A stretch of DNA of 64,000 nt from Nitrospira sp. GTDB taxonomy: Bacteria > Nitrospirota > Nitrospiria > Nitrospirales > Nitrospiraceae. Of the stretch, positions 50,058-59,771 are shown one piece after another; positions within the stretch are counted from its first letter, which is position 1; every line of letters starts with the position of its first letter. Where the stretch lies: assembly GCA_047150005.1 (NCBI GenBank), contig AP038806.1:1088001-1152000 (forward strand), given 5' to 3'. Below the pieces are notes generated by a model. It did not search any database. It saw nothing but the letters and a program-made list of their open reading frames with translations, and was not told where the DNA came from. The translations under genes and the position numbers were made by a program.

Positions 50058-51092
50058 TTAGGACGCCGTGTTCACATACGCGGCAGCGAATCCGTCGGTC
50101 GGCTTCCACCACCGCACCTTCCGCTTCGTCTGCTCGACGTCTTGGCCGGAGGCCAAGAGCGCGTAGTGCTTTGCTCGCCATCGTTCCACTCCCTCAATAA
50201 TGGTGCTGACTAACCATCGCTCACCGGCTTCAGGATGGGCGCACAACAATCCCAACATCGGCGAGAGACTTTTCTCGGCCCACTGTTTGACGTCCTCGAT
50301 TTTCTTCACGGCCTTGACCACTTCCAGCTTGGCGCGTTGCATTCCTTCGGTCAGGACTTTCCACCACGCGAGCAGAGGAGCGTGATAGCGATCCTTCGGA
50401 TCATCCGCTCGTGTACAATCTCGGAAATCGACTGCCGTGCGAAACACGCCCACGATGTATTTTTGAAAGCGTTCCTGATCGAGGACGGAGAGGGCTAAGC
50501 CGATGGCCTGGGCTCGTTCATCTTTCCATTCCATTTCCCACCGAACCCAGGTCCCTTCGATGACGTTGCCTTTTGCTCGCTGTTGTGCAGATTTATCGTA
50601 GATGCGGAGATAGGTATCGGATTGGCGAGAACCCATGCAGAGGGTTTTGCCGGTATCCGCTCCTGACCCGAGATCCAGGCCGGTAATCAGCTGAGATTTC
50701 CGAAAATGGGACACACAATTTCCCGCGACGACTGACGCATAGATGTGATCGACATCGATGACGGCGCTTCGGTCATCCAAGGCCACGTCGATGCGCCCGA
50801 AGTGTCCGTCTTTCGCCAGCACCCATTGCGCAACGGCTTGAAACTGTTCATAGGTCCATCCGTTAATCAGTTCCTGAGACAGATCGACATGCACTTCCTT
50901 GGGAGCGCGTTTCGCGCCGGTTCCGACGCGGCCGAGACCTCCATCATGGCCTCGAGAAATCCAACTTCGGCTGTACCCGAGAAAGCCTTTCTCGTCGGCG
51001 ACCCAATCGCCGCCGACGAGCCTCATGGCTTCTTCAGCACTTCCTTCCGGAACCGTGAAACGAAGCCACCCCAGAGAGCAGGTCCAACTCAT
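50058..51092 (-). CDS. rolling-circle replication initiator (Rep_trans family)
   Basis: RIDVALDD, G.TL.MGSR.S..YLRIYDK, WVRWE.E. Confidence 0.93.
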   Translation of the reverse strand: MSWTCSLGWLRFTVPEGSAEEAMRLVGGDWVADEKGFLGYSRSWISRGHDGGLGRVGTGAKRAPKEVHVDLSQELINGWTYEQFQAVAQWVLAKDGHFGRIDVALDDRSAVIDVDHIYASVVAGNCVSHFRKSQLITGLDLGSGADTGKTLCMGSRQSDTYLRIYDKSAQQRAKGNVIEGTWVRWEMEWKDERAQAIGLALSVLDQERFQKYIVGVFRTAVDFRDCTRADDPKDRYHAPLLAWWKVLTEGMQRAKLEVVKAVKKIEDVKQWAEKSLSPMLGLLCAHPEAGERWLVSTIIEGVERWRAKHYALLASGQDVEQTKRKVRWWKPTDGFAAAYVNTAS

Positions 51093-51385
51093 GCTCGCCT
51101 CCGACTACTCTTTTGGAAATTGCGCCCCCGTTTTACCGAACGGGGGCTGATGGTCCGGGCGCGACGCCGGCTGTCGCCGCCGGTCGCGCCGTACCTGATC
51201 GCCTCCGGCCGTCGCTCACCATTGCGATCCAACGCGCGGAGTACCTGCTCTAGATCGAACCGCAAGACCCGGCATACCCTTCGCCCAGGAATCATCTTCT
51301 TCGAGTACCCTCGATAGATCGTGTCCTCGTGGACGCCCAGTTCCTCTGCCAATTGCTTTACCGATAAACTCTGTCGTTTCATCAC
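51089..51385 (-). CDS. HTH DNA-binding protein (excisionase/Cro-like)
   Basis: LSVKQLAEELGVHEDTIYR...LRFD. Confidence 0.8.
   Translation of the reverse strand: MMKRQSLSVKQLAEELGVHEDTIYRGYSKKMIPGRRVCRVLRFDLEQVLRALDRNGERRPEAIRYGATGGDSRRRARTISPRSVKRGRNFQKSSRRRA
51124..51147 (-). promoter_or_regulatory. putative double-strand origin (nick-site hairpin) for Rep_trans
   Basis: GCCCCCGTT-6nt-AACGGGGGC perfect hairpin ~30 bp upstream of rep; resembles the CCCCC...TAA...GGGGG origins of Rep_trans/MOBT initiators. Confidence 0.65.
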
Positions 51386-51877
51386 ATGTCCTTTCTGGTC
51401 TCTGTGCTATGGCGGCCACCATAGCGTGCTGGCCGATGCATCAAGAAGACCGCTTATTGCCGCTGATGTCTGCTTATTGCCGCAGATGTCTGCACCATCC
51501 CGTGGCAGGGGAAGCGACCGACGCAAATTCAGGACTGTTTACGGAAGGGACTCCACGGCGGGTAGCAATGCAAGCGAGATTGAATACACATAGGAATACG
51601 AAGTGTAATGGAATGAAGTACTATTCGGAATACCGCTTAGGGGGGATCGAGCACGTAATGAGTCAAGCAATTGAGAAAGCAGAAAAGACCATCGAAAACT
51701 ATAGCTAAAGCCTCCGATCAGGCCTTACCTTCGCCTTCGCTAGGGCTCGCTCCGACAAGGGGTGAGCCCCTTCCTCTTCGTTGAGGTCGCGAGCCGGGGA
51801 GAGTCCGGCTTATCGGGAGCGAACCGGCGGCCTCGGAGGGAACTATGCCGTGGATAACTCGGAAAGCAAACAGGACG

Positions 51878-52087
51878 TCATGCAGGCGGGAAAATCGGCC
51901 CGAAAAATTCGCCGTTACAGTACTCGATATCCTTCGTTATGTTAGTGGCGCCGTGATCATCGAGCGGCCAAACATACCGCTGATTACCGCCGGTACCGAA
52001 AATCTTCACGGGATGGGCGTGACTGGAAGGGGACGTGCGATACCAATACCAACCCTGAACCGTTGGTTTGGTGATTGTCCATTCCAT
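51878..52087 (-). CDS. small hypothetical protein (69 aa)
   Basis: MEWTITKPTVQGWYWYR...FFGPIFPP, a W..P...GWYW phage-type motif. Confidence 0.5.
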   Translation of the reverse strand: MEWTITKPTVQGWYWYRTSPSSHAHPVKIFGTGGNQRYVWPLDDHGATNITKDIEYCNGEFFGPIFPPA

Positions 52088-52276
52088 GAGGACGGATTCG
52101 AGTTCACTCCTTAGGTTTCGCCGAGCATGGTCGGTATTATGGTCGGTATTATAGATACATCTGTAAAAAGGCAAGACTTGAATTCGCTTAAGGAGAGAGG
52201 TATAAGGGGTCTCCAATCTGTCTGAACACCCCAAGAGACCTTCTTCAACTCTATGCCTAGGCCCTCGTCTGTCCAA

Positions 52277-53494
52277 ATGCCGAACGAGTCCCTGAGCCGA
52301 AGCCTGACCGCCGCGAGGGCGGCCAAGCAGGATGAGTTCTACACCCAGTACGTCGACATTCAGAAAGAGGTCGAGGCTTACCTTGAGTTCGACCACGACG
52401 CCTTCAGCGGCAAGGTCGTCTATTGCAACTGCGACGACCCTTTCGAGAGCAACTTCTTCAAGTACTTCGCTGCCAACTTCAACAAGCTTGGCCTCAAGAA
52501 GCTCGTCACCACCAGCTACGACGGCTCCCCGATCGCCGGCCAGGGCACCTTGTTCCCGGAATACGACGAGGGGAATGGCAAACGGCAGAAGCCCAAGGCG
52601 CTCGCCGTCATCGTGGACCATGTGAAAGACGAGGACGGAGACGGCGCGATCAACATAGACGACGTCAAGCTCTTCCTCAAGCGTAACAAGGCCGCCAGGA
52701 TAGCCTTGAAAGCAAACGACAAGTATGCCGGTGGCGATTTCCGCAGCCCCGAGTGCATCGCGCTTCTCAAAGAGGCGGACATCGTCGTCACGAACCCTCC
52801 GTTCTCCCTGTTCAAGGAATACGTCGCTCAGCTCGTGGAGCACGGAAAGAAGTTCCTGATCATTGGCAACGTTCAGGCCCTCACCTACAAGGAGATCTTT
52901 CCGCTCATCAAGGCCAACAAGTTGTGGATGGGTGTCACCATCCACAGCGGCGACCGCGAGTTCCGCGTTCCAGACCACTATCCGCTGAACGCGGCTGGTT
53001 GGCGCGTTGACGAAAATGGCGTCAAGTACATCCGCGTCAAGGGCGTCCGCTGGTACACAAACCTGGACCATGGGCGCCGCCATCAGGAACTGCCGCTCAT
53101 GACCTTGAACGACAACCTGCGGTTCAGCAAACACAACGAGATCAAGGGGAAGGCGGCTTATGACCGGTACGAAAACTACGATGCGATAGAAGTTCCCTTT
53201 ACGGACGCAATCCCCAGCGATTACGGCGGCGTCATGGGCGTACCGATCTCCTTCGTGGATAAGTACAACCCCGACCAGTTCGAAATTGTCGGAACCCTTG
53301 AATCCAGTGACCCGGACAACCCATATAGGACTCGGTGGTACTCGGCTCAGGACCAGAAAGACGCCTTCTTCCGTCGGTTCGGCAAGCCCGGAAGTATTCC
53401 GCTCAACATGTCTGGCGTTATCAATGACGTCAAGGTGTTCAAGCGCATCCTCATCCGCCACCGCGCGCGGCCCGCAAGAAGGGCGAAAAAGTGA
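52277..53494 (+). CDS. adenine DNA methyltransferase (M.EcoRI-like family)
   Basis: KQDEFYT, YCNCDDP, GDFRS, VTNPPFSLF. Confidence 0.93.
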   Translation: MPNESLSRSLTAARAAKQDEFYTQYVDIQKEVEAYLEFDHDAFSGKVVYCNCDDPFESNFFKYFAANFNKLGLKKLVTTSYDGSPIAGQGTLFPEYDEGNGKRQKPKALAVIVDHVKDEDGDGAINIDDVKLFLKRNKAARIALKANDKYAGGDFRSPECIALLKEADIVVTNPPFSLFKEYVAQLVEHGKKFLIIGNVQALTYKEIFPLIKANKLWMGVTIHSGDREFRVPDHYPLNAAGWRVDENGVKYIRVKGVRWYTNLDHGRRHQELPLMTLNDNLRFSKHNEIKGKAAYDRYENYDAIEVPFTDAIPSDYGGVMGVPISFVDKYNPDQFEIVGTLESSDPDNPYRTRWYSAQDQKDAFFRRFGKPGSIPLNMSGVINDVKVFKRILIRHRARPARRAKK

Positions 53495-54657
53495 AGACCA
53501 CGCTGAAAATTGACATTACCGTCGCCGGCATTTGCGCTGGGTTTGTGTACAACCAATTAGAGGGCAAGGGGCTGTATGGGCTGGGCGGAAAGCTCACCAT
53601 TCAGCCGGAGTACCAGCGCAACTACATATATGCTGACGGCGGCGGAAAGAAAGAGGCGGCGGTCATCGAATCGCTGCTCAAGGGTTATCCCCTCGGGCTG
53701 ATCTACTTCAACAAAGTCGGTGAGGACAAGTTCGAGGTATTGGATGGGCAGCAGCGGATCACCAGTATTGGACGGTTCGTTACGAACAAGTTCGCGATCA
53801 TGGATAACGGCAATCCGAAGAACTTCGAAAGCCTCCCCGCCGACCAACAAGCCAAGATTCTGGACTCGAAATTACTGATCTACGAGTGCGAAGGCACGGA
53901 GACCGAGATCAAGCGGTGGTTTGAGACTATCAACATCGCAGGCGTGCCTCTCAACCCACAAGAGCTCTTGAACGCGATCTACTCCGGGCCGTTCGTGACG
54001 CTTGCCAAGGCTGAGTTCAGCAACAGCCAGAACGCGAACATCCAGAAATGGAGCGCGTACATCAAGGGCAGTGCGAACCGGCAGGAGTTCTTGGAGCGCG
54101 CGCTGGAGTGGGTGAGCAAGGGCGATATCGGCAGCTACATGAACCAGCATCGCAAAGATAACCAGATCAATGAGCTGAAGACTTATTTCAACAGCGTAAT
54201 CGACTGGGTGTCGAGCGTGTTCAGGGATGTTGAGAAGGAAATGCAGGGGCTGGAGTGGGGACGGCTCTACGAGCAATTCCACTCGAAGTCATATGATTCG
54301 TCCAAAGTTTCTGCCGAAGTCAAACGACTTTTTGGCGACCCCTACGTGAAAAACCGTCGCGGCGTCTTCGAATACATTCTCGGCGACCTTCAAGATTCGA
54401 AGCTCCTGGATGTAAGGGTGTTTGACGAAGCAACCAAACGGTCCGTCTACGCCAAGCAGACTACAGCTGCCCAAGCCAGTAGCACATCGAATTGTCCGCT
54501 CTGCGCAGTCGGCCATGCCGCCAACAAGAGCAAGACATGGAAGTTCGACGATATGGACGCCGACCACGTTTCGGCATGGAGCAAGGGCGGCGGAAGCTCG
54601 GCTGAGAACTGCCAAATGCTCTGCACTACCCACAATCGGGCCAAAGGCAACAGGTAG
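53491..54657 (+). CDS. DUF262 (GmrSD-N / ParB-like) plus HNH endonuclease
   Basis: PEYQRNY, VLDGQQR, FETIN; C-terminal CPLC...DADH...GG...NCQMLC..HN..K. Confidence 0.92.
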   Translation: MKTTLKIDITVAGICAGFVYNQLEGKGLYGLGGKLTIQPEYQRNYIYADGGGKKEAAVIESLLKGYPLGLIYFNKVGEDKFEVLDGQQRITSIGRFVTNKFAIMDNGNPKNFESLPADQQAKILDSKLLIYECEGTETEIKRWFETINIAGVPLNPQELLNAIYSGPFVTLAKAEFSNSQNANIQKWSAYIKGSANRQEFLERALEWVSKGDIGSYMNQHRKDNQINELKTYFNSVIDWVSSVFRDVEKEMQGLEWGRLYEQFHSKSYDSSKVSAEVKRLFGDPYVKNRRGVFEYILGDLQDSKLLDVRVFDEATKRSVYAKQTTAAQASSTSNCPLCAVGHAANKSKTWKFDDMDADHVSAWSKGGGSSAENCQMLCTTHNRAKGNR

Positions 54658-54893
54658 TATGGGCGTGCCGCGCTGTCTGATAGTCGGTGAAAGTCCGGGG
54701 AATCCAGGCAGCCTGCACTTCTACGACTCCATGGCTGCTTTGCAGGAATCTCAAAAACGCTCTCATCCGTACGCCGTGAGATCCCGCGCTGTGCTCTGGC
54801 ACATTCCTCGACATCGAGGATCTATTGTCATAGCAAGGCCGATCAATATCGCACTAAATGAGAGATAGCCTAACCGTGCATACAGACTTTGTT

Positions 54894-55355
54894 TTAGATG
54901 AGTTTGTCGCCCTGCCGAACGAGAATTTTCCCCTCGACCGGATACGGATCGTACGATGCCGCGTCGATCCAAACTTTTCCATCCCAAAGACCAGCTGTGT
55001 CGCCACAGTCGTTGTTCCAGACATAATTGCGACCAGTAAATAAATGGATGTCCGCGCCTGCTGCGTCTTCGGGGTACATCTCTGAGAGTGGAAGTTCGTC
55101 TCCTGAATGGATCCGGACCACGAGGCCGGCTTGGAGAACGCCCTTGAAGGACATTACCGCTGCCCATTTGCCGTCGCGGCAGCGATCTTGGTAAGCAATG
55201 TGTTGGAGCGAAATGCCATTGAGGGAGTACGCCTCGTCCCCGACGTTCTTAAAATCGACCCATTCGGCTGCAAGCTGCCTTTTGGGAGTAAAAGCACCAA
55301 TGCGATCTTTGCCCGACGGATTGGGTTTGGCCTTTGTTACTCGTAATACTTTCAT
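54894..55355 (-). CDS. stand-alone lamin-tail-domain (LTD) protein
   Basis: PNPSGKD...EWVDFKN.G.....L.G, L..G..V.IHSG, VWNND.GD. Confidence 0.78.
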   Translation of the reverse strand: MKVLRVTKAKPNPSGKDRIGAFTPKRQLAAEWVDFKNVGDEAYSLNGISLQHIAYQDRCRDGKWAAVMSFKGVLQAGLVVRIHSGDELPLSEMYPEDAAGADIHLFTGRNYVWNNDCGDTAGLWDGKVWIDAASYDPYPVEGKILVRQGDKLI

Positions 55356-55379
55356 GCGAGCCCTCCTGGGGTAGTTGTA

Positions 55380-55434
55380 TACGAGAATGCTTCTCGTACA
55401 CGAGAATTGTGCATGATTCAACCCGTCCTGTCAA
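55380..55434 (-). promoter_or_regulatory. promoter (TTGACA-17-CACAAT) with adjacent palindromic operator TACGAGAA-tgc-TTCTCGTA
   Basis: Read directly; lies between the divergent LTD and XRE genes. Confidence 0.6.
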
Positions 55435-55516
55435 TGGTAAACATTCTTATAGACGATATGGCGTATTTATTGGTATAGATGCTGAGTTTCCGCTCATATA
55501 TCAAAGGAGGGCATGA

Positions 55517-55891
55517 ATGACCGACGGGGGAGTGGACGTACGTCTACTGGGACAGCACCTTCTTCGCGTGCGAAACGAGAGGAAGAAGCGCCTTACCCAA
55601 GTGGCCGACGCTACAGGGGTCAGCGTCGCTTCTTTGTCCCGAATTGAACGCGGCGGGTCTCAAAGTGTTGATGCAAAGACGCTTATTGCATTGTGCGATT
55701 GGATGACAGTGCCACTCGAATTGTTCAAGGAAAATCCACGGGCTCCAATAAAACACGGTACCAAGGCACCTACCACGCCAGACGCAGTGGAACTCCATCT
55801 CCGGGCTGACAAAAATCTGAGTCGCGCAACAGCAGATGCCCTTGCAACTCTGTTTAGGACCGCGTACGACCAGATGAGCAAGAAACCTTAA
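55517..55891 (+). CDS. XRE-family HTH regulator (CapH/ImmR-like)
   Basis: LTQVADATGVSVASLSRIERG; AAGGAGG RBS. Confidence 0.9.
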   Translation: MTDGGVDVRLLGQHLLRVRNERKKRLTQVADATGVSVASLSRIERGGSQSVDAKTLIALCDWMTVPLELFKENPRAPIKHGTKAPTTPDAVELHLRADKNLSRATADALATLFRTAYDQMSKKP

Positions 55892-55904
55892 TGCGGGAAG
55901 GTCT

Positions 55905-56516
55905 GTGCTACTCCCATTCAGCCAGGCAGCGAGGTATTGGGAACCATTTGCAGACGACCTTCGAAGGCTGGCCCGTGTCGGGCCTCATGAAAAACTAGAT
56001 CCCTGGAGATTGGCAGAACATTTCGGTTTGCGAGTTCTTGAAGGGCAGTCCATCCTCAATCAGATTCCACAGGAGCAGAGATTCCATCTGAATGGTAGGG
56101 GTAAGGATGATTGGTCTGGCGGGGTGTATCCTATTCCGCTAGAGGACGGTACCTTGATTTGCATGTTGAATCCATTCCATAGTCGTCGTCGAAACAAGAT
56201 GACTCTCATGGAAGAGATATCACACATCCACATGGATCATAGCCCATCAGGTGTGTCCTACGAGGCACATGGGTTGAAAATCAGGGATTACCATGCGGCT
56301 CAGGAAAAGGAAGCCTACGGGGTCGGATCTGCGGCTCTACTTCCATGGCGCAGCTTTTTAGCAGCGTTGAAATTAGGGAAATCGGTCAACGAGCTTGCTG
56401 AAATGTTTGATGTGAGTCCTGAACTGATCCAGTATCGAATCAAAATCACGACGGGGTACAATCTATACAATAAGAAGCAACGAGAAAGGAGGAAGGACTC
56501 AACTGCTCGGGCCTGA
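55905..56516 (+). CDS. ImmA/IrrE-like metallopeptidase-fold protein (EExxH variant)
   Basis: LNP.HS..R...TLMEEISH, QEKEAY..G.A.LLP, C-terminal HTH. Confidence 0.82.
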   Translation: MLLPFSQAARYWEPFADDLRRLARVGPHEKLDPWRLAEHFGLRVLEGQSILNQIPQEQRFHLNGRGKDDWSGGVYPIPLEDGTLICMLNPFHSRRRNKMTLMEEISHIHMDHSPSGVSYEAHGLKIRDYHAAQEKEAYGVGSAALLPWRSFLAALKLGKSVNELAEMFDVSPELIQYRIKITTGYNLYNKKQRERRKDSTARA

Positions 56517-57134
56517 TATCGGCTTGTGCGCGATCTTCATAAAGAGGGTTTCGCTTTCCGCGAGTAGCGGCCGCCAGACCTCAGGAGCATTGTTCGGAGG
56601 TAAGTTGAATTGCTCGATAAGAAGGCGGATCACTGATTCAATCGATACGCGATTCGTAGGAAAATGGACGTCCTCCAAGGATTGCTTTGAAGCCAAACAT
56701 GGTTCCGTCAGAGTTCCACGAACATGAACATGGGCTGAGGGATGCGGATCAGGCGGCTCTCGAACATAGTCATACCGAAAAATCCATCGATCACCTTGCG
56801 AGTCGATCTGATATTGAAAACTAGAGTTTTGCACTTTTACTCTAAGCCCTTGATCGGTTTTAGTTAAGTAGAGAGTAATGGCTACACGGAGAAAGCGTTC
56901 ATCGGAAAGTTGTACCGGATCGGTCGGACCTGCTTGTCCTCCTATCACGTAAACGCCGTTTCTCGGCCCTCTTGTCAGTCGGATAGCAGCCCCAGTGGGT
57001 AACACCGTGTGGCCCAATAGAAGTTGGACTAGGTCTCGAAACGATTTGAAGGAGTCTGGATCCTTCCCAGCCATGTAGGACTGGGTAAGTTCTCGGACTT
57101 GGCCTAGGAGGGAATACAGATCAGGCGGCGGCAA
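56499..57134 (-). CDS. putative toxin (RYDY...PHP..HxH motif; DUF6516/DUF2290-like)
   Basis: Motif, plus overlap with a small upstream gene. Confidence 0.5.
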   Translation of the reverse strand: MPPPDLYSLLGQVRELTQSYMAGKDPDSFKSFRDLVQLLLGHTVLPTGAAIRLTRGPRNGVYVIGGQAGPTDPVQLSDERFLRVAITLYLTKTDQGLRVKVQNSSFQYQIDSQGDRWIFRYDYVREPPDPHPSAHVHVRGTLTEPCLASKQSLEDVHFPTNRVSIESVIRLLIEQFNLPPNNAPEVWRPLLAESETLFMKIAHKPISGPSS

Positions 57135-57333
57135 ACAATGGATCGTCCTCAGCTAGCAGGCTTGTCAGCGCTAGTAAGTCAGCTACTTTACCGCAGTCTC
57201 TCAGTTCACCAGCCTTATAACGGCGCACCAGTTCTTTGGCGTCTACCCCTAGACGTCGCAGTGCTTCCTTTTCAAGTTGGCGAGCGATCTGCTCGCGAGT
57301 CAATTCTAAGGTCGAGGTAGTTTCTAGTGCCAT
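57121..57333 (-). CDS. putative antitoxin
   Basis: 70 aa, helical, overlaps the downstream gene by 14 bp. Confidence 0.5.
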   Translation of the reverse strand: MALETTSTLELTREQIARQLEKEALRRLGVDAKELVRRYKAGELRDCGKVADLLALTSLLAEDDPLFAAA

Positions 57334-57891
57334 TGGCTGACCTTCGATATTGCCTGTAGCCGGTCCTATTCTACTGTCTACATGTCGGCTTGTCTACAAG
57401 TATACATGTTGACAAGCTAACAGACATAGAGGATATCGTATCCCCTAAGTTATTGATTAGGCCCAGCTTTAAATAACAGCATACAGCGCGTTTTCACGCC
57501 TTCAACGCGATCGTCACCGACGGGTTAAATCGCGACCGAATCGAGTCCCGCAACCAACCTCTTCTTGAAAAGTCTCCAGAGAATCTCCAAAAGATCCAGA
57601 GACTACATCAACACCCACAACCGGATGTATCATCTCATTACAAAAGCCCTCTACTCCCGTTGGGGACACCATCACTTTTGCAGCTAGTTCTTGTGGTTGG
57701 CAGCCTTGTCATTGGCCGACCGGCTAACACCTGCGAGGCGCACCATCGCGCCAGTACAGCTGTCACTCTTGTTGCTTGATCCTCTCGGCACGCCGGCAAC
57801 GGCCTTTACGCAATTTCCTCCTTGAAATGCGCATTGGCTCTCCTCTTCTCGTGAGAGAGCCAACTTCATTTCAAACAAAGGAGGAAACAAG

Positions 57892-58176
57892 ATGGCTACC
57901 AACAACAAGAAACCCACTCAAACGCTGCGATGCGGGAACATCAAGGCGACGATCTGGGAGAATACCAGCGAGAAGGGACCGTTCTTCGCTACGACCTTCT
58001 CCCGGCCGTTCAAGGATCAGTCTGGGGAATGGCGCAACGGCACCTCATTCGGTCTCAATGACCTAGAGGCGTTGCTAACCGTGGCCCATGAGGCCAAGGA
58101 GTGGATGGCCGCTCATGCTTTGAAGCGCCGAGCTGCTTCACTGGGAAGCCTCCGGCCCTCCGAGGGCTTCCTTTAA
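57892..58176 (+). CDS. small conserved-type protein (possible PC4/whirly-like ssDNA-binding fold)
   Basis: IKATIWEN...TFSRPFKD..GEW....SFG..DL; AAGGAGG RBS. Confidence 0.6.
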   Translation: MATNNKKPTQTLRCGNIKATIWENTSEKGPFFATTFSRPFKDQSGEWRNGTSFGLNDLEALLTVAHEAKEWMAAHALKRRAASLGSLRPSEGFL

Positions 58177-58324
58177 AAACTTCCTGACTTTCACGGTCCA
58201 GTTATTCGTGACGATTTGAAGCTGCATAGTTAGAGACGAAGACTGAGAGGCCCAAAAACAACCTGAAACCTTAAGGCCTCAAGGTATCTTCTTGCTTCCA
58301 TGTAATCCCTGTACGTTCGTTTAG

Positions 58325-58825
58325 TTACCGTGAATCTATCTTGTATGCAGCTTCTCCGGATTCAATGCCACGTCGCGCTCGCCGAAATGCGAATTTTGGA
58401 ATCTGAGGACTCGATAGGTTGAGGTCGTCTCGTTCTTGAGCAAGGGCCTTGAGCGATCCCAACAGATCAGCCTCACCAGCTTCTGACTTCAGATCGAGGT
58501 CTCGGAACATGCGTATCCGATTACGAAGCGAGTTGTGCTTAACCCCTGCTTGGTGGTGCAGTTGGGACCGCTCGCTCGGATTCAGGAAGGTTGAGATTGC
58601 CGACAAAATGGATGCAGCAATGGCTAAAACACCGGCTGCAATGATCTCTTCTTTGAAGGCCGACGCGCTTGCGATCGCCGCAATTACCACGGTCGGGATA
58701 CCAAGCCCTAGATGCACATTCCCCCAAGCACGACCGGCCTCGAAGTGGCCCTTGGCTGAATAAAGAGAATCCTCTTCGATTCGGCTCGCTTCGGTATGCA
58801 TTTCGTCAACTAAGGATGTAGCCAT
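58325..58825 (-). CDS. SLATT-domain 2TM effector
   Basis: H..A...W...H..LGIP, two TM helices, FLNP...H..AG..; directly downstream of the NTase. Confidence 0.88.
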   Translation of the reverse strand: MATSLVDEMHTEASRIEEDSLYSAKGHFEAGRAWGNVHLGLGIPTVVIAAIASASAFKEEIIAAGVLAIAASILSAISTFLNPSERSQLHHQAGVKHNSLRNRIRMFRDLDLKSEAGEADLLGSLKALAQERDDLNLSSPQIPKFAFRRARRGIESGEAAYKIDSR

Positions 58826-58834
58826 AGAAGCTCC

Positions 58835-59698
58835 TCATCCATACGCTGGGAAATAGTCGCCGAAGATCTTTTTCCACTCGCCAAAAGCGGCTTCAATGCG
58901 CCCATTGGACTCAAAGGCCTCAGCCTTGATAGCTCGATCATGCGTTGTCGAAAATCTACTCAAAGCGTCTTCGACCGTGCCAACTGTATTGAGCGGATTG
59001 ATGTGGCCACCAAATCCAGCAGGATCGGCGATCTTATAACGAACCTTCTCGCGAGCTTTATCGAATACGAAACGAACGCCGCTTGAAAAGTTCGAAATTG
59101 TGACATTATTCAAAATATCCTGAGTCATAAGTTCCAAGTAAAAGCCCACAAACGCATCATTAATTATTCTATTCCAGCCCTTGATCATTTTTACGAGAGG
59201 GACAAGATCCCCTCCATGACGACCGTTTGCTTCGGAAAGTTTAGAATCATGAACGGTCGGATCAGTAGAGAGCCATGCCCCTCCGATGGAATCTGGAATC
59301 AGGTAGCCACCGTCTTTCCGATAAAAGGCTGGAACAACATCAACAGTGAAGTCGGTGAAGATGATGGTCACCGCTTGGCCATTTCGACTGATCTTCGGAG
59401 TATTGGGATAGGTCTCGAGCAAAACCGTTCGGACCTTATCGAGCAAGCCTGCTGGCGTGAATGCTTTAAAGTATTGAGGATCTAAGACAACGAAAACGTC
59501 CACATCTGAGGACTTCAAAGGAGCGATCATCGTAGATCGCTTGTAGGATCCTGATAAAAACGATGTGAGAACAGTTAGCCTTTGCTCAACAGCCGTACGA
59601 ATATTTGTCTGGCGAGTCGATACAGTTGTGGCCTGAAGCCCGGTTATCTCCAGATTTGCCCGGAGCTGCTCGAAACCAGCTGTTATTGTCTTTGCCAT
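58835..59698 (-). CDS. SMODS / CD-NTase oligonucleotide cyclase (CBASS-type)
   Basis: FLSGSYKR.T.I....DVDV, VDVVPA, W..TDP, LVKMIKGWN, C-terminal W..IFG..FP. Confidence 0.9.
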   Translation of the reverse strand: MAKTITAGFEQLRANLEITGLQATTVSTRQTNIRTAVEQRLTVLTSFLSGSYKRSTMIAPLKSSDVDVFVVLDPQYFKAFTPAGLLDKVRTVLLETYPNTPKISRNGQAVTIIFTDFTVDVVPAFYRKDGGYLIPDSIGGAWLSTDPTVHDSKLSEANGRHGGDLVPLVKMIKGWNRIINDAFVGFYLELMTQDILNNVTISNFSSGVRFVFDKAREKVRYKIADPAGFGGHINPLNTVGTVEDALSRFSTTHDRAIKAEAFESNGRIEAAFGEWKKIFGDYFPAYG

Positions 59699-59771
59699 TC
59701 CCTTCCAATGCTGCCGGTGCGTCCTTCATTTGGGAGAGGAGCAGAGAATCTATTCGTGAGGTACGTGGAGA

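Noticed and set aside
51878..53461. 527-aa minus-strand ORF
   Set aside because: It is the antisense shadow of the methyltransferase. Only the last 69 codons look like a real gene.
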